DNA of 64,000 nucleotides from Haliotis rufescens (taxonomy: Eukaryota), in assembly GCF_023055435.1 (NCBI RefSeq), contig NW_025963802.1, positions 16,182,001 to 16,246,000 of the forward strand. The letters are read 5' to 3'. Position 1 is the stretch's first letter, and every line of letters starts with the position of its first letter. Shown piece by piece: positions 10,258 to 24,379 of the stretch. The translations under genes and the position numbers were made by a program. The notes under the pieces are model-generated. The model worked only from the letters and a program-made list of their open reading frames with translations. It was not told where the DNA came from and ran no database searches.

Positions 10258-13200
10258 AGTAACGGTGCAATCACTGTAAAAATATATACTTGTACATCAA
10301 ATCCATTTATAATGAAACGAACCTGATCAGTTCGGGTATAGCATGTTAGACCCTTAACTCGGAAAACTCCGGTTTAACATTCAACCCGCACATGCAACAA
10401 TACACGGAAACTAGATAAATCAGTAAAATTAGTAAAACAGACCTGATTCATGATTCATGAACATACGTTAGAGACAACTAAAACAGTTCAATATTTACAT
10501 CGTCTTATATTGTCATCAAATCTGATAATAAAATGGTTTCACGGTTAGAATGGAAGCCATATTTTCATGGTTTACAGAAAGTCCAAGAGAGAAAACATTG
10601 CACTTATTCCGTCATAACATATCGGAGTGGTTAGGAGACGAAAATAAATTTATTAGGCAGCTGGTCATGACGGTGATGTTCTGTTGCTGATATGACATTG
10701 TTATCAATTAGTTATACTGATAACAACATCGTTAAAGGTGGTTATCATATGCATGTAGACCAGAACCTGAATAATATTTTGAAAATTTAAATGCGAAAAA
10801 TAATTTTAAACTGGAATTTTGAAAGCTTATTTTGAAAAGCGTATTTAATATGAATCAAGCACATTTATACAATACTAGTGTGTTTGTGTAGTTCTTATTT
10901 ACGCCCTTTTTTCTTTATTTATTTATATAAATACGCATGTATTTCATCGGCAAAATGTCGTTTGCAATGCTATTATGCCTTTATATTTTGTTACAAGCTA
11001 TTCGATTTTACATCTGAATATGTATCAAAAATATAATATTTGAAGTTGAAACACCATTTTGATAAGGCTAATGAAATGCTAGTGTTTATATATTTTATCT
11101 TGGGTTTTTTACTTTAGAAAAAATAATTCTGAGGAGATATGGGCTATGTAAACTTTACTTATTTAACTTTAAAGGATGATAATGGATCACTTAAATAGGT
11201 ATTATCAAATATTCAAAAATATCACCAAAATCTAAAAACATAAAAAAATCACATTTGAAATTTTAATGTTGCGTAATGGAAAACAGTTCTTATCAATACA
11301 TACACCATATATTTCACATCAATTGTAAAATTTTAAAACGGTTCAAATTCAGTCGTCTGCTTTACAGTTATATGATTTTCCAAAATAAAGTTATGTAACA
11401 AATTGTGTCTCCTAAATGCAACCGGTTTCCGAACTTTTTAATTCTGAGTGAGTGTATTATTTTTTTATGCCGCATTAAACAATACTACAAATAAATATCA
11501 CGGTGAGGGACACAAGAACGGGCTTCACTTTCATTCTGAACAAAGACATGTACACAAAGGTTTAAAGATGTGATTTCATGTTATCACTATCTATGATTCG
11601 TACCACGCAAATACGGGGTCATTCAAAAGTGCATTTTACAAAGTCCGTTCAGGGGAAGATGTTATTACCTTTGAAACAACAGTATCTCAAAATCAATATC
11701 AAACTATGATGAAGCCAGGCTAACCGTCATTGTAAAAAGTTCATGTGAAGTGATTTCAAATTCATGTTAATTACGTTTATTTATTCAATCGCATACTAAA
11801 AACCTTTTTGCGTGATTGTTTTACCAACTCATAAAAGAAACACAAATACACAAATTAGACCATTCTCTGCTTTTCATAAAATAATACTTTATGACGTATG
11901 AGAATATGAAATTTAATATTGATAATATGAAACGCATTTGATTTCACAGATAACGTATTATGAACTCTGCATCCTAAGAACGTTATCATTATCACCTCTC
12001 GGAGAGCATGAAATATTGGGATGCGGTGTAATTAAGTCTCTATCCTTCATTCTCATTCATGTTGTATTTCCAGCTAGTTGGACAATAGCAGGGGAGAATC
12101 GAGTCGATGAAAATGTCATAAATTGAGAAACGATAATACCAGAATTGCGTGTGTCGAGCTGAACGAAAACAGCCGGGTGCGTCGAAAACTCGGACTTGCG
12201 AAAAACCGGAGTGTGATTTCCATTAAGGCAGGGCAATAAAAGGAATACTAGGATGAAATATTACATTTATGTAACTCATAGCTGTGAGACAATAAAGTGT
12301 GATTTATGTGTTGGATGGTATCTAGGGTATCATGGGCAGTGATTAAGCGAAACGAATAATCTTTGTGTAAATCAAAACTGACACGGAATCGTTTTAGAAG
12401 AACAAGTGCCTATTCTTGAATAAATATATTTCTTTGTATTAAATTATACAACAGACTAATAACCAATAGTATAATTAGCACATAGTAAAATATTGAAAAG
12501 GCAATCCGATGAAATACACACTGATGACAGATGTCAAAGTAGAAATATATGTACATTCAAATGACTTCAATTTCTAAATTATATTAATAATTTTCCCTGT
12601 CCTTTCATAATATGTTTTTCAACAAAACATATAAGTCCAACTGGCATAAAATATGAACCATATATCGCTGTAAATGATATAACTCTTAAGATAATGCATA
12701 TTTTTAGTCGAGAACATGCGAGTCCCGTTTATTAAACACTCCTTTTTGGTATCGACAACCGTTCGCAGTTAGATATAAGTTTTGTTAAAAATGCTTTTAC
12801 AATTGTTACTGTTCTCAATTTAATATACATATGCCTTTGCTAAAACTTAACCAATTTTATTTTTTAAATGTTGAATGCCAAGATATAGATCTTGATATTG
12901 TGATTATAGAAAAAATATCAATATCATTTGTAAACATTGAAATGCTGAACTTATAATTTACTTTTCCCATCATAAGTGAAATTACACATATGCTACAATT
13001 ACATAATTCACAGTATGCGACAATATGTCCAGTGCATTCAAGAAGAACAAAATTTTTACGCTCATGTTTGTCCCGCGTATGTATAATTATCCATGTTTTT
13101 CCCATGGTAAGCATATTCAGTGAATATCTTCCTTAAAACCATTCCGATAATATAACCCGTTTTGTGTTTTTCTCACGAATCCTGTGCATACTGATATAAC

Positions 13201-14211
13201 TGTAAGATGTTTTAAGGACCATGGTATATTATAACTTAAGTTTTCATTTAAGGTTAGAAACTGCTCAAACTTAATTTTTTTTTAAAATAGTTAAATAAAT
13301 CCCGAGTATAACCGTTTCCAACTCATTTAAGGTTTATTCCGTCGCAAGAAAGATCCAAGTTTTCGAACATTACCTTCAAATGATTTCCTTTATTGTACGC
13401 TCCACATGTTTCTATCACAAGTGCTTTTCCGCAACATTTTCGTTCACCTCTTCAATCCATCTCATTTTTGACGGTGCATGAAAGTTAACTACATTATTTG
13501 ACTGTTTTGAACCGGTCTCTGTCCGTTTCTGTCACGATCCGGATTGTAATGGAACTCATCAATAAACTCACGTGGTCAGTGAGCTACAAAATAGGAGAGG
13601 GATTAACTCACCGAAATTCAATGACTTCTCCCGTTCACACTGACCGCTCCCTGCCTCCATGGCAAGAATTAATCGGTTGGGTTGAGAAGGCGATGGTTAA
13701 GGAACCAGTAAAAGAATAATTGTGATACCTCTCTTATTATCTCTTTCACAGCCTATGATCGAACGATGATCGCTTGTAATCACACACTCTGTACAAAACA
13801 AACACCAGAGTGAGCGAAATGAATTCAGCGTTCCTGGCTGGTCGCTGTAAGATCTGTCGCTCTACAGGGGGTCAAATACATTTACACACTCGTATTTTCT
13901 GTAATAACCTCGAGATGAATCTAATAATTATTCCATAATACTTAACTGGTAGTGCCTGAAGGTGATTGCAAATAAATATTATAATTCAGATTTGATAAGA
14001 GATGTATTAAGAACTCATTAAGGGACACATGTTCTGAAATTGGATAAATATGGAAAGAGATAGAAAGGAGGCTATATGGTGAAATATGACACTGACTAAG
14101 ATGTTTACTCCGAACATGTGTAGAAAACAGATTTGAATCGGTATAAATAAACGATGTAGGTCGAATCAGCCTTCTATAAACAGTGATGATATTCCAGTTT
14201 CAAGGGCAATC

Positions 14212-14238
14212 GCCCCCCCCCCCCCCCCCCCCCCCCCC
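14212..14238. repeat. Poly-C run
   Basis: Homopolymer. Source of the poly-Pro ORF. Confidence 0.9.
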
Positions 14239-15712
14239 ATATTCACTGAGACGGTCAAAGCCTACGTATTTTATATATTTATATATGTTATTCGATTATG
14301 GCATATGTTGTATTTGGGAGCATTATAATAATAATGATAATAATAATGTTGCTGAACAAAAATACACTGTTTAAAAAGGTGACAATAATATTTATATGAA
14401 ATGTAATGTGGGCGTCCATCCCTTAATTTAATATCTGCAGAAAAGGCTTTAAGTTATGAAATCAACAAATACAATATTTTCACGTACAAGTATTATGAAA
14501 TATTATCATTTTACGACCCGTGCCTGCTACAGTGGTAACGCACAGTTCCGTACTCCGGACACCGAGTAAACCGGACTACTTCAGTGTGTTACAACTAATA
14601 AACCTAATGATTCTGATTAATACGGAAACCCGTTATAAAGGCCGAAACATTACTTCCATATTGACGGGTACTTTTAGGATTGCTGAATATTTCCTGTTTC
14701 TTTAACAACAATATGATAATCTTCCATACTTTGGTTATTTTATCTCATCGTCGCAAGTGCTTTTCTTACACATCAAGGTTAAACGCAGTTTTCGGAATCA
14801 AATTAAAGAAACTGGTTCTGCTTTGTCGTTTTATAACCTGATCATTTGTTCCTATTGTGCTGAAATGAACGTTTATAGAAATAACCAATATTTTATTTTT
14901 ACACAGAAATAATCCAACTTGACACAGCCTTTGTCTTTGATCGTGTGGTAACTAACTTAATTGTTGGCAATGACGGGACTTCATTTTTCCCTGTCTCTTT
15001 CGCATCCATGATAGAACAAGTTCGTAGTCAAAACTGTACATATATGAAAATACTAAACTCTCACCTTAAATTTGCTACTTATACCAATGTTAGTAGATTG
15101 TTAACTGGGTAAATAAGTAAACAAATCTAACAATTGTCAAAATGTCTATCACACCTAAAACGAACCAGAAGCACGGATATAAGTCTGAAATATCATATTA
15201 AAGGTATTTGTTTAAAACGGAAAACTACTTACATGCAGTTTGTTTCCCCCGTACATAGCCTGCTTGAACATCGGCGAATTCTTGAACCGGCGGTTATTCC
15301 TGAAATACAACAAATCCGTTTTAGGGACAGTGACTTCTTTTTGTGAAACCAGCTGAATCCCTACGGATCTCTAAAGAATCCTTAAGCTCCTTTGATTGTT
15401 TAAATTCTCGGATATAGCTCCTGCATCTTTCCGCGCCAGTATTTACAAGCGAATCTCCCGTGATCTATTGTTTACAGAAATCAGGTGGGAAATACTATAT
15501 ATCAAGTCTACCAATGGCTGGTATTTTAGATTAAATGTAGAAACAACATGGCCTATTTTGCACTACAGAATACGCGTAGTCATTGTGGGGTTTCAAATGG
15601 ACAAGAGTGATTGTTTTTAATTAGTACCGCGATTCTACGCAAACAACACGAATACATTATTCACTCGTAAATGCTCACTATTTTGTTAAGAGGTTTTTTA
15701 ATTCTTGGGAAT

Positions 15713-15855
15713 ATAAAACGTCAACTCCAGAGAGTAACCAGTCTCGATTATCCAACGTAACAGATTCATTTGGGCGCCAAAGGCAACACAGCGATGAAGA
15801 TTATATTTTTGAAAAGGGTAAGCATAACCTGCTTTACTGGTAACACCTGCCACTC
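15713..15855 (-). mobile_element. Family P repeat, internally deleted
   Basis: aaaacgtcaactccagagagtaaccagtctcgattatcc...gaaaagggtaagcataacctgctttactggtaacacctgccac. Confidence 0.7.
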
Positions 15856-15943
15856 ACAAAATATACGTAAATAAAATATTTTTTCTGTCTGCCTGACAAC
15901 GTTCTCCTGCCGGGAATTTACCAATACGGAAATTCGGAGAAAG

Positions 15944-15974
<31 letters not shown>

Positions 15975-15980
15975 GGGGGG
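15944..15980. repeat. (GT)n plus poly-G run
   Basis: Directly visible. Confidence 0.9.
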
Positions 15981-16083
15981 CACAAAGTGTACTGTGTCAT
16001 ATTGACTTACGTACCCCGTGTGACACTATAGCAATACCGCGTACTTTAATTTGTATGTTCAATTCGCCCGACAGGTTGTATCC

Positions 16084-16240
16084 AAAACTGCCGGCAAAAA
16101 TAGTACCCACTTATGTTTGATGGTGGCTAAAAATGAAAAAAAACCAAGAAATGGTTCTTCAATTATTTGATACGGGTATCATAGTTGTGTTTGGGAGCTA
16201 AGTTTGCAGTGTTTCGGCGACTCTTTTCAGCCTGGTAAAG
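16084..16240 (+). mobile_element. Tc1/mariner-like terminal fragment
   Basis: actgccggcaaaaatagtacccacttatgtttgatggtggct...gatacgggtatcatagtt. Homologous to 59951 and 60154, and in reverse to ~49800-49905. Confidence 0.5.
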
Positions 16241-18207
16241 TCGGGGGTCAGTTGACTCACTCACTCACTCACTCACTCATGGCATGTAGTGTTTGTATAG
16301 GATGTATAGTATCTGTCTTTAGCATAAAATATCATACAACACTTTGAATTGTTTTAGCTACATATATCTTTATTTCCCACTAGCAATGTATTCTATAACA
16401 GTAAAAAATATAGTAATAACAGTAAAAAGACTATATTGGCCAAAATACCATGGGCCGGGAGAATACTGGAATATTCCTAAAAACACCAGAACCAGAATCA
16501 CTCACCGCCTTACTAAAACCAGACTCAACGAAACGAAAGACATTACTGGCAATTTCTCGACGAGTATATTTCATTACAATGTCAATCTACAGACATGTCC
16601 GACCACCTCTCGAGTCGCACCCGTCCCTCTCCTCCCCAGAACACGTGTATCGAACTGTGACCCCGTAATGATGCCATAAAGCAGTGGCTCTGCTGTAATC
16701 GTGTGTCCCTCTCATTGTCTCAAACACGGTGTGACGAGGGTGGAATTATTCGAACATCAAGAACAAACGGAACGCGTCCGTTGCAGTGAGCCTAAAATTT
16801 GATTTAGTTGTGTTGACGATATTTCCAGCTTGTGCTCGCCATCGATTTTGAAACGTTTTGTACTGGGTCTTGTCTGATAGGGAATGATACGCTAGATTAC
16901 TCCTCACATAAATTTGGGGGGAATTGAATAAACAATACATTATAGCCCTTTGCCCCGCAGTTATCACACGACGCTTATCCCCAACAGCTATCAGTGCCAT
17001 CAACATTCAATTTGATCGAATTCTGCAAAATCTAAATGACGCCATAACAATATTGTATGATTAAATAAAAACGGTTTCCATGGCAACCGAGAGTTTTATA
17101 GATATCAAGCAAAATTGAAGTGGAGTGAACAGAGGCTGTGTATTATAAATTTCAAGTATATGTTTTGAGATGTCAGACTGGTGATGCAAAAAGCAGAAAT
17201 CATCTCAAAAGTGATATAAAAAACGAAATTAGATCCGCGACATCCTTCATAAAATCAAATGTATATCCATAAATTGTGTTATCGCATCTCTTGACAGACG
17301 TAAATGATGAGTTTTATACAGATAGAATTTCTTTATTTTTGATAAAATTTTCACAAGTGTCAGTTTGACAGCTATTATTTTTCTAATAGTTCACTAGCGA
17401 CATGTACGATTGTAAAGATTAGCCCTGCTTATGAATATCATTATGTTTCCCTGATTCAAGACGATATGGTACAACGGAAATATTTTCTCTTCTTCTTGTA
17501 TGACACCGTTTTTATTATTCTACAAGCTCACTAAAATCGAAATGGTGCTAAGCAATTACACAAAGCGACACCGAAAACGGAATTGTTTGACAATGCAAAA
17601 CAACACTGAAATATGCAGTTTCCGGTTTTAATTCATTCCGTATTTTGATCCGTCGGCCCCGAATACTCAGAGTCCCTAGGGTGTCGCTTCCGCTTTGTCG
17701 AATGGGGCTATTTCAACTATAGAGAAATTCAGTCCACGAATCATCAGGATTGTATTTCCGAGGAAAGAAGCCCTCATTACAGAACGACTGAGGTGAGAAG
17801 TCCATTTGGCCAAACCATCTGTGCCGAAATCTGTGGGTTTTGATCACACGAAAGTCAAAGGTCAGTGTCGGCGCCGGTACTCACGACATAAACATGCAAC
17901 ATCATTTATGAGATGCTGATTTGCATAACAATGAGAGGGACGTCTCACAGCGTATCTAAAGACTCTTTGGTATCTATCCCAGCCAAGAGATGAAAGGAAA
18001 ACGCCACCATTGGATGTTTACATTAAATCCAGAATGGTGAATCTGTAATTGAAAGGATTCTCGCTACAGGGCGGTCATGTATTGCCCAAACAGTGTCATG
18101 ATAATAGTGTTAAATACGGAAATCAAAGGGTTGAAATTTATTTAAATTTTAAAATTTTATTAAATGTTTCAAATACATTTTGTTTATGATCAAATATGAT
18201 GGTTTTG

Positions 18208-18305
18208 GTGAGTGAGTAGACTTTTTCCGCCGCGTATAGCAATATTTCAACAATATCACGCCAAGGGGAGCTTCACACATTGCCCCCATGTGGGGAATCG
18301 AACTC
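18208..18305 (-). mobile_element. SINE family A, 3' part
   Basis: gtgagtgagta...gcaatattt..caatatcacg...cttcacacattgcccccatgtggggaatcgaac. Confidence 0.7.
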
Positions 18306-18899
18306 AGGAAGTACAAGAGGATATAACTTTCAAGCAGATATTATAACCACGCGGATGTAACATTCAGTGGATAATGTCAAATTTAATCATACAAAACATT
18401 TACATTCCTAAAACAGTTTAAATATATATGATGCTATTTCTTTTATATATGTCATGTTCAGATATATATCAATTTATGTGTCTGAATAATTATGTGTACA
18501 CACGTGTATCCATGATCACTGAAATGCTGAGCACGTTTAAGTCAGCTTTTATTATTATTCCAACCAAATCACCTTATGCAACACAATGGGCTTGTTGAGA
18601 ATCGAACCCGTGTCTTCGGTGTTATGAGCCAATGCTTTAACCACTAGGCCAGAGCCATATTATTTGAACCGATAATGGAGGTCAGTTATCCTGCTGTAGT
18701 TTTCTTCACAATTTTATAGGAATTATGCTCCCATGGGCTATAGCTTATGTGGGATTTGGCACTGTGTTTACGTATATTCGCTTTCTTTGCTTACATGGTT
18801 TGCATACGTTTATTGAGTTTATTCTTCGACATTGCGAAACACTAGTTCCAGAAAGTGGACTTGATTGGTTCCCCCCGGGACAGCTTGACATGCAGTTAA

Positions 18900-19300
18900 C
18901 ACCAGGTAGTCCGTGGACGATTAATACTGCCTGTCGTTTTATCACTGCGGTAATTTTTGACATGAAAATATGACCAATGCGCATTGAAACTGCCAGGAAG
19001 CGTCACTTTGGGAACAACTCCTTAACAAAAGCTTTATCTGTTGAGAAGAATCTGCTTCTCTTCTGCTTCTCCTCGGCGGGCAAATCCGGCTTTAACACCA
19101 GTCCAGATCTTTATAATCAACTAACCTGTCATTTAAAGCAAAGAAACAACATCTCCTAGGCACACAACCAACTTTCGAGAGATTTTGCAGTCACTATGAT
19201 TGTCTGTTTGGGATGTTGGCATGATGGAGGCAATTCAAGATCAACTCCCGATTGCAACAAAACAAACAATTTCAATTCATACTGGGAATATAAGAAAATG
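18900..19300 (-). pseudogene. Possible decayed LINE (CR1/L2-type) ORF1 C-terminal fragment
   Basis: Minus frames ..HPKQTIIVTAKSLESW.. and LVLKPDLPAEEKQKRSRF resemble the PRxIIVxF and IxPDLTxEERxKR motifs. Frameshifted. Confidence 0.35.
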
Positions 19301-19780
19301 TCTCTTGGTGAAGAGAGGATTGAAATCTGTTCTGTAATAGAGTGCAGACATCTCTGGTGCTCCTTGAGGTCCCCTATTGCTGTTGGTTAAGGTTTAACGA
19401 TGTGTGCACATGGCGGGACCCTGATTTAAGGGACAATAGGCTTCATTAAGGAAAACACGTACTTTAGTAGCGTTAAGTAAAGGCTTGTGTTACCGACAGA
19501 AAGGTTCAATATTCAGAAAGCGATATTCACAATAAGGCCTTTAGAGATGCAAGTTAAACCCTTTAAATACATCCAGTGTTAAAATATCGCGTGAATACAG
19601 TATGAATCATTTTTCATTTTCTATTGATACGCTTCCCAATACGACATTGATGTATCACAGGGGATACCAATGTTGCAGATGCGGACGTTTCTGTGGATCA
19701 CAGGGATGAGGATTAATGACCCTGACACCCGAACGGAGTGAACATTCTCCTAAACGCCTTGTGCCTTTCTTCCACAGAAA

Positions 19781-19944
19781 GGGGCGGTCGGGTAGCCTAG
19801 TGGTTAAAGCGTTCGCTCGTCATGCCGAAAACCCGGGTTCGATTCCCGACATGGGTACAATGTGTGAAGCCAATTTCTGGTGTCCCCCGCCGTGATATTG
19901 CTGGAATATTGCTAAAAGTTGCGTAAAACCATACTCACTCACTC
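19781..19944 (+). mobile_element. SINE family A (tRNA head, ~160 bp), full length with TSD
   Basis: A box tagcctagtggtt, B box ggttcgattcc, tail gcgtaaaaccata(ctca)n. TSD cttccacagaa on both sides. Confidence 0.92.
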
Positions 19945-20109
19945 TTCCACAGAAGCTGGCATCCATTAAAATTTGTACATAGCTTTACCACTCCTATATC
20001 AATTATCAATGACTTAAAATTGATTTTAATATTTTTAATATATTGAAATGTTTCCAATATATATTACTTTGAATGCCACCCTAACAGGTGATGGCCATGG
20101 GAAGGGTAA

Positions 20110-20237
20110 TATGTCAGCAACATCACGGAGGATGGACTCCAGAAATGAACATCATACACTGCACCCATCTGGGGAATCGAACCCGGGTCCTCTGAGTGAC
20201 GAGTGAACACTTTAACCACTGGGCTACCCCATCGCCT
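20110..20237 (-). mobile_element. SINE family A, degenerate
   Basis: ggggaatcgaacccgggtc...tttaaccactgggctacccc. Confidence 0.75.
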
Positions 20238-20274
20238 AAGATGACGGCAAATGAAACTGTGCAATGATAAATAC

Positions 20275-20720
20275 AGGCATACGTCAATGTTCATCCATAT
20301 ATACGCCCACCCCCACTCTTGCATACGTCCATGTTCATCCACGAATACGCCCACCCTCGTTCTTGCATACGTCCATGTTCATCCACGTATACGCCCATCC
20401 CCACTCTTGCATACGTCCATGTTCATACATGTATACGCCCACCCCCACCCTTGCATACGTCCATGTTCACCCCTGTATACGCCCTTCCCCACTCTTGCAT
20501 ACATCCATGTTCACCCCTGTGTACGCCCACCCCACTGCTGCATACGTCCATGTTCATCCACGTATACGCCCACCCCACTCTTGCATTCGTCCATGTTCAC
20601 GACTGTATACGCCCTTCCCTACCCTTGCATACGTCCATGTTCACCCCTGTATACACCCTTCCATACGGACATGTCTACCCCTATATACACCCTTGTCTAC
20701 ACTATTTCACATAGTGAGGG
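20275..20720 (-). repeat. 44-bp minisatellite, C-rich orientation (~9 units)
   Basis: Reverse complement of the 24380-27210 array unit. Confidence 0.92.
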
Positions 20721-20969
20721 TTGGTTTATGCCAGGGCTAGGGTAGCCGAGTGGTACGTCCGCTCACCAGTCACACAGAGTTCTATTCCTGACCGGAATTT
20801 ACTCTTTAAGATTGTTGCAATGTGACAAGCACATTCAACGTACAAGCGGATATATAACTCGGATATAACATACACGTATCTATAACGACGAAGCGGATAT
20901 AATGGATATAGCGGATGTGATGGATATAATGAGCACGGATGAAACATTCATCTGCCATGAACCTGCACA

Positions 20970-21230
20970 GAGTGAGTGAGCTAGTTTGGTTTAACGCCGC
21001 TTTGAATATATCACGTCGTGACAGCTTAACGTGGGAGGAAAGCCCGCAGTGATGCAGGTCTTAGACGTTTACAACTTTGGTGAAATTCACGAGTAAGGCG
21101 CTGAACCATATTCAAGGCGAGTCTGAAATTCGAACCCAGTATCATAAGTTTCTGACATAGGCCCTAAGGGGCCGAACTCTGAACAACGCATTGCCACACC
21201 TCAGGCGACTGAGCCAGTCGTGCACCCAAA
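20970..21230 (-). mobile_element. SINE family B, degenerate
   Basis: gtttaacgccgc..cagcttaacgtgggaggaaagccc..gatgcaggtcttagacgttta..ttcgaaccc. Confidence 0.75.
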
Positions 21231-21361
21231 CCTGATTGGTAGTAACGAAGTCCCGTTCCTTAACGTGTAAAACAAACGAATAATTTTAGGAAAAGGACAA
21301 AATGTGAATGTTCAATGAAGGAATCTACCTATGAAAAGGGGCCCCAGTATCTTAATACTAT

Positions 21362-21810
21362 AGGTCCGCCTACTTGGTCTTGTGGATAGAGCGTCTGTCC
21401 GGAGAGCGCCGTTTAAAGATGTCGCTTACAGTAAAATACGGTTATAACGAACACGCTTATAACGAACTGACCGATATTACGAACTTATTTTTTAGTCCCG
21501 GCCATTTGATATATATATGCTGTATATATGCTTATAACGAACTAAAATTAGTATTCGCCTGAATAGTTTACTGTAATTGTTACCCTGCCTGGCGTTCATC
21601 AATAAGGGGCTAAAACAAGGAATAGTTGGCTCCGTATACTGTTTCTGAGTGGGGTATCCATGTTAAACTGCGGCATGGTCACTCAGTGGGTTTGCACTAT
21701 AAAACTAACAATAGTTCGAGCTAGCGCGCTCACACACACCCACACATGCATGCGCGTCGTTATTTTCATGCAATGTTCTTGAACGCGAGGTTCAACCCAA
21801 TTTCACCTCT
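21362..21810 (+). mobile_element. SINE family D interrupted by a MITE
   Basis: tRNA-like head 21362-21425. Core resumes at 21576 (accctgcctggcg..ctgagtggggta..ctgcggcatggt). Homologous to 630-920. Confidence 0.6.
21429..21573. mobile_element. MITE, Tc1/pogo-type (TA-CAGTAAA...TTTACTG-TA)
   Basis: Terminal inverted repeats, TA flanks, internal ttataacgaac repeats. Inverted relative at 58042. Confidence 0.85.
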
Positions 21811-22599
21811 CATATAAAACTCTTTAATAAACACCCAAGGTTTGATTTCAGAAGTAAACGTGCAACAAGACTGGCTGAAAGCGATGATTGTGTAAATCAG
21901 GAATCAAAGATGAGGGATTAATCACAGGTATTGTCTCTTGGAAAGACGGGGAAAATCCTTATTTAACAATATCATAAATCTGTTCTGAAAATGGGTCATG
22001 TTTCATTTGTTATTGATGTAGGTGGTCTGGGGCGACAGAGGAAGCAAACCGGAAGTTTATGTCTGGACATCCCCTCGTATCCGGCATGCGCGGTGGAAGT
22101 GACAGCTCCGAATCGGTGACACTGGTGTGAACGAAGCAGGCCAAGAATTCCTGGCGAGTTCATCAAATTGGTAGCGTTTGGCCAGCACGGAAGGTGTGTT
22201 TGTTTAAGGTTTGTATACACAACATTACTGGCTACTGAGCAAAGAGATCTCACGAGATCAGGACGGGATTAATAGTGTCCATTTGTCGATTCCTTAAAAA
22301 AACATGAAAAAAGTGTAGTTCACACAATATGTATCTGCCTGAGGTGTGACGATAAGATTGGAAAAATATTCTGGCATTTCGTGTCATAATGTTGTCCTTA
22401 TTTGATATATTTTCCCCAACAGATTAAAGATGTTAAACTTACACGTGCGGATTGACGTGGCGTCTCCGGGTCATAGTCTGATATTATCTGTTCTTTTATT
22501 CGTGTCATTAATGTAATAACATTCAGTTTTATTACATTTCCATTCCTGTTATAGAAAAAAGCTAGTTCTTGTAGATTTAAAATCATTGTAAATCAAATA

Positions 22600-22770
22600 C
22601 AGTCCAACCTCGAAGTGTCGAACTTGGATGTATGGAATCTCCGATTGTCTCGAACTCATTTGGGAGTCTTAAGTATCCAAATTAAGCACAAAACCCCTGA
22701 TGACTCGAAACCCGGATAACTCGAAGTGTTTTCCAGGTCTACACGAGTTCGACATAGCAAGGTTCGACTG
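22600..22770. mobile_element. MITE, pogo/Tigger-type (cagtc(c/g)aacct...aggttcgactg)
   Basis: TIR cagtccaacctcg / caaggttcgactg, left TA, internal tcgaa repeats. Confidence 0.75.
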
Positions 22771-24379
22771 TGTGTGGTAATCCTATCGCTGTTACCTGTT
22801 GTCAGAAGGAAAATAGTGCCGTAATGTGTTTTTTTTTCACTTTAGCTAATTAAGTTATTAGATGTTTGCGCTTTTGGTATGCCATTATACTAAGATTCTG
22901 TTTAACCAATCATATACAACCAGTTTCTGTTTGTGTTAGAGAATGAAAGAATGAATGTTGGTTTACGACGCACCAGCAATATTTCAGCTCTTCGCGACGA
23001 GTTGGTGTCCGAGAACGTTATCTATATACGTCTTTGGTTCAGGCCACCCAATGACCAAAGGTACCTGTGTACGTTACAAGGCTTGTAGTGCTGTAAATGC
23101 GATATTTGTTTGAGGTACTCATTATTAACCACAAGTGCATATTTGCTTTAGTTAAATTAAAAATTAAAACACACCATTAAGTGCTAGTTCATGTTTGCAT
23201 TAAGAGAAACACTGTCGAAAATACAGTTATTAGGTAACCATTCCACACATGCAATACAGTTCTTGTCGGGATAGAAATACTTAATACAAACACGACTTAA
23301 ATATTTGGCCATAGTTCCCCAAAGCAAGAGTATGTGATGATGTTTTGCAGCATATGTCAACCGTGCATACTCATGCAAAGTTTTTTGTAGAGATGATTTA
23401 AGAACATGTTAACCTACAGACGTGCATCCTATTAATACTGGTTATAATGTTTCCATTTCAGTATTGAGATGAGTGAGTGAGTATTGCTTTACGCCGCATC
23501 ATCAACCTTGCAGCTAGCTACATTGAAATAATGGACATCACAGTATAAATAACAAAATTAAATCAAATCATATACATTATTGTATCCATTCACTTAATTC
23601 TACACCAAGAACATCGTTCATTTAAAGATGAAATTGTTTCATCCAATCATTAATCATTGCAAACATGGCCTCCATCCCAACTGCGACACCGCTCAGTCGA
23701 AACTGTCTGCGTTAAAAGACACAACGTGAAACCTTTTCCGAATTCGGAATTAATGGACAGCGTTAGCAATGGCGATCCCTTTTAAAACAACACGCAAATC
23801 TATCAGATTTTCGGCTCAGACCGAAATGATAAACTTCAAGAAAGAGAGAAGCAATTTCAGGAAAAGACGACCAGCTTCAGTATCTCACAGTATTTGTGAA
23901 GAAAGCTATTTGAAAGCTCGGCCGGTCCGGGATGGAATTGATGGCGGACGCTTCCAATGGTGCAATGATGAAGGAGACCTAAAACTCTCGCCTATGGTAG
24001 CTGACACTCCCAGATAATTCCAGTAATAGAAGTATTATTATTTTTCGATTTTGAGCTCTCAGGTCAGCAGAGTTCATATTAAGAAGTTCTGAGAAGAGAG
24101 AGAATGGCGAGATGTGCTTCGAGATATGACGAGATAGCCGTGGACACTTGCCGATGGATTAGGGGGAAGGGCAACCTCTGACTCATTGGCCTTCAATTAC
24201 AACAAAATTGCTTCGCCATCGCTGCCGACTCGTAAAATATTGTAGAAAGAGCGATCAGATATGTCCGCCACCGGAGTCAATTGTTTTGGGTTCCATGAAA
24301 AAACTGTTCACGTTATTACATGAATGGTAACTCAATCTTGTTGCGCAGGTCGGGGGAAACACGGATGGATATGGACGTA

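Noticed and set aside
13530-13886. Solo LTR (TGTCAC...TTTACA)
   Set aside because: No target-site duplication and no second copy in the window.
19781-19855. tRNA gene
   Set aside because: A and B boxes are present, but it is followed by a SINE body, tail and TSD, and has multiple dispersed copies. It is a SINE head.
22020-22195. GC-richer exon-like block with AG/GT ends
   Set aside because: Stops in all three plus frames and no recognisable homology.
22697-22713. Hammerhead-like CTGATGA..GAAAC
   Set aside because: Only 3 nt lie between the boxes (no stem II), and it is a variant of the MITE-internal gataactcgaa repeat.
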